A stretch of 64,000 nucleotides of DNA from Eledone cirrhosa (taxonomy: Eukaryota). A program made the position numbers and the translations under genes. The notes beneath the pieces are model-generated. The model made no database searches. It saw only the letters and a list, made by a program, of their open reading frames with translations, and was not told the DNA's origin. Shown piece by piece: positions 61,102 through 64,000 of this stretch (position 1 is the stretch's first letter; each line of letters opens with the position of its first letter). Location of the stretch: the NCBI GenBank assembly GCA_964016885.1, contig OZ024764.1:496001-560000 (forward strand), read 5' to 3'.

Positions 61102-62056
61102 GTCAGTGGTCATTTTAGTTTTATATAATTTAACCCTTTCAGTCTTCTCTGTGAGGGGGTCGTGGTGGTGACCCGAGAAAAAGTACCCAGTCCACACTGT
61201 AAAGTGGTCATGTAGGTGTAATGAATAAAAGTGTACCCAGTCCACACTGTAAAGTGGTTGTGTAGGAGACACAGTAAAAAGGCACCCAGCACTCACTGTA
61301 AATGAGGTTGGTGTTAGGAAGGGCATCCAGCTGTAGAAAACCAGCCAGAAACAGTCCTATATTAGCGAGACACAGTCATCCAACCAATCTTGCCTTAAGT
61401 GGGACAAACCCTTCTAACCCATGCTAGTGTTGAAGATAGACGTTAAATAATGATGATATCTATATATATAAAACTGAGGATGTCTGTCTGTGTGTGTATC
61501 TGAGTTTGAATCACTAAAACTCGAGAAGTACCCAACCGATTTTTTTCAAACTTTACATGTGTATTACTTATGTTTCAGGGAGTGTTATGCACATAAAAAA
61601 GGGCTCGCATTAGGTGAAAAACTGCGTTTTTTTCCCAGCTTTTTAGGATTTCTATGAGGCGTTACGTCCGACCGATTTCCTTGAAATAAGATAGATTGAA
61701 GGGACAGGCGTATTGGAATTGGAAAAAAGTCTATAGATAAAAATAACAGGTCCATTCATGTTGACATCTCGCAAAACTGTTGATGCTGGCGTTTTGTGTA
61801 TGATTTATTTTTTAGAAAAGTGGATGATGGAGCGCGTCTACCTGAAAGGGAAAAAAAAAAACGTTTTGTAAAAAGAGCTATACTTGAGCACGTGTGTAAG
61901 TGTGTGTGTGTGTGTTATACGTCCGTACGAAGCTAAGAAGAAATGTGTGAGTAAAAGAGTGTATGTAAGTACGAAGCTATGAGCAAAAGTATGTTAATAT
62001 AAGGGTGTGTATGTGTGTCTTTACGCCACTAATCCTTCCTCACCTGTCAATTCCAG

Positions 62057-62127
62057 CTCTGTTTGAAATAGAACTCCTGTCCTTTGTTGAGGAAGCCAGT
62101 ACTGAAGATTATTTTCAAATGACTGAA
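62057..62127 (+). CDS. FKBP6: FKBP6 exon (end of FKBP domain)
   Basis: ttccAG / GAA|GTAAAT, 71 nt. ALFEIELLSFVEEASTEDYFQMTE contains the LFEIELL motif. Confidence 0.9.
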
Positions 62128-62326
62128 GTAAATATCTCAATTTTCTCTTTCCTTCATTTTTCTTTCTCTCGTATTTTCTTTATTTTTGCATTTTTCTACC
62201 TTTTCTTATCCCACCCCCTTATCTTCACACAGTGTCTTTCATTAGTGATACCAGTAGAAAACCATGCTCAGGATGGTTTACTGCTAACATGTGTAGTGTG
62301 TATATTGATATTATACACAAATATAT

Positions 62327-62808
62327 GGAGGCACATGGCTTAGTGGTTAGAGCATTGGCCTTGCAATCGAAAGGTTGTGAGTTCAATTCTCAGACCGGCT
62401 GATGTGTTGTTTCCTTGAGCAAGACACTTTATTTCACATTGCTCCAGTTCACTCAGCTGTAGAAATGAAATGATAGGGACTGGGGTCCCTATCCATCCAC
62501 TGCAAAGTGGTCGTGTAGGTGCCACGGCAAAAAAGCACCCACCACTCACTGCAAAGTGGTCGTAGAGGTACCACGGCAAAAAAGCACCCAGCCCTCACTG
62601 TAAAGTGGTCGTGGAGGTGCCACGGCAAAAAAGCACCCAGCACTCACTGTAAAGTGGTCGTGGAGGTGCCACGGCAAAAAAGCGCCCAGCACTCACTGTA
62701 AATGAGGTTGGTGTTAGGAAGGGCATCCAGCTGTAGAAATCAAGCCAGCATCAGTTCCCGTCCCACCCTTGCAAGCAGGGAAAAAAGCGGACGTAAAATG
62801 ATGATGAT
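62327..62808 (+). mobile_element. Full-length tRNA-derived SINE with CORE-like body and RTE-type tail
   Basis: A-box TGGCTTAGTGG and B-box GTTCAATTC; CORE-like CCTTGAGCAAGACACTT; internal ~39-bp tandem repeats; tail identical to the RTE 3' end. Other copies: 11720-12056(-), 53220-53553(-), 57433-57769(-), 55286-55450(+), 58433-58598(-), 60515-60808(+), 1050-1330 (inverted pair). Confidence 0.88.
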
Positions 62809-63684
62809 ATAATACATGAAATAAAATCGTAATTGACAAATAATACATGAAATAAAATCGTAATTGACAATATACACAGAAATTAAAGAGAGACTGTTAC
62901 ACTGTCTTATGTAATCAGTAAAGTAATCCATGATATATTAAAAAATATGATATTATATATAAACTGCATTAGGAGAAATGTAATGAAAACAATAAATGAG
63001 AAAATTAGCGACAGAAATATAAACGTTATATAACGATGTAAATATATGAATGTTTATATAAGTGATATGATATAGCGTCCGTTATATCATAACTGGAAGT
63101 ATTGACATTTGAAAATTTTAAAAGAAGTAAATCTTGAAATAAGCAATCATTATATATAACAATATTTGTTTAATCAACAGCCACGAAATTTAGTAGATAA
63201 ATTATGTAATATTCATTATTTATTTATTGAAAGTAATCCAACTTATTTTACAAACGGGATGAAAAAATATATTCAGGACACAGTCCCACACTCATTACTT
63301 CATTATATTTTGATGGTAGTACATTTACCTTCCTAACTAACCGTCCCCTTTCTGGTTCTGTGAAGCCCAGCTTCTCAAGATTTGTACTGAGGCAGTCAGT
63401 AACATATACTAGTATTTAATTAATCAGTTTAAACTAGTAAGCCGTGGCAGACTAGGAGAAGTATCTAGTATTGCTTACAGTCTTATAGAAGAGAAACATT
63501 TATCTAAAAACCTTCCATCATAATTTTATGTAACAACCTTTAAGTTATGTTCCAAACACCAACAGTGTCTTTCATTAGAAATATGGTAATGAAAGGGTTA
63601 AAGTGTTTATATTTATCTAAAAACCTTCCATCATAGTTTTATGTGACAACCTTTGTTAAGTTATGTTCCAAACCTCCGTTACAG

Positions 63685-63744
63685 GAAGAGAAAGGTCAGA
63701 TACCGTTTGAGGAAATATTGAAAATATCTCATATGGAGAAGTCT
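63685..63744 (+). CDS. FKBP6: FKBP6 exon (linker and start of TPR region); gene continues beyond the window
   Basis: ttacAG / TCT|GTGAGT, 60 nt, phase 0. EEKGQIPFEEILKISHMEKS resembles human EQQDQFPLQKVLKVAATERE. Confidence 0.85.
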
Positions 63745-64000
63745 GTGAGTAAATTTTCTGTTCTATGTGTGAATTTATTCTGAGTAGGCATGTGGCCTCG
63801 TGGTTAGGGTGTTGGACTTTGAATCACGACGTGGGTTTGATTCTTGGACCAGGCTGTGTGTTGTTTTCTTGAGCAAAACATTACATTTGTGTGTGTATAA
63901 GTGTCATGATAAGAAGCACACAGTATATATGAAAATTCAATAGTAAATATAGTAATGTAGATGTTATGTGAGATATGTGAGGTAAAGCCTTTACTGTGAA

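Noticed and set aside
62327-62400. tRNA gene-like heads (also 63806-63860)
   Set aside because: They run directly into a SINE body and lack a proper acceptor stem; these are tRNA-derived SINE heads.

Overview
This is AT-rich animal genomic DNA, most likely from an octopod cephalopod (inferred from the SINE families and a GC-rich 18S fragment). It has one 200-N gap at 10112-10311. Positions 1 to about 51 kb are a mosaic of long (TA)n-derived microsatellites and short inserted fragments: RTE-clade LINE pieces, a Penelope-like (Naiad-type) GIY-YIG endonuclease remnant, tRNA-derived SINEs, a palindromic Merlin element, Helitron derivatives and an 18S rRNA fragment. Positions 54.9-63.7 kb hold six in-phase coding exons of FKBP6/shutdown (+); the TPR exons lie outside the window. 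The main hidden signal is about 30 hammerhead-ribozyme (HHR) motifs from several families, found by eye. At least seven occur as inverted pairs with the same tail-out polarity, mostly bounded by (TA)n tracts, and several families have non-canonical cores (U3/A8, C4, A4). Almost all long ORFs in the track are microsatellite artefacts. Coordinates were read by hand and may be off by a few nt.
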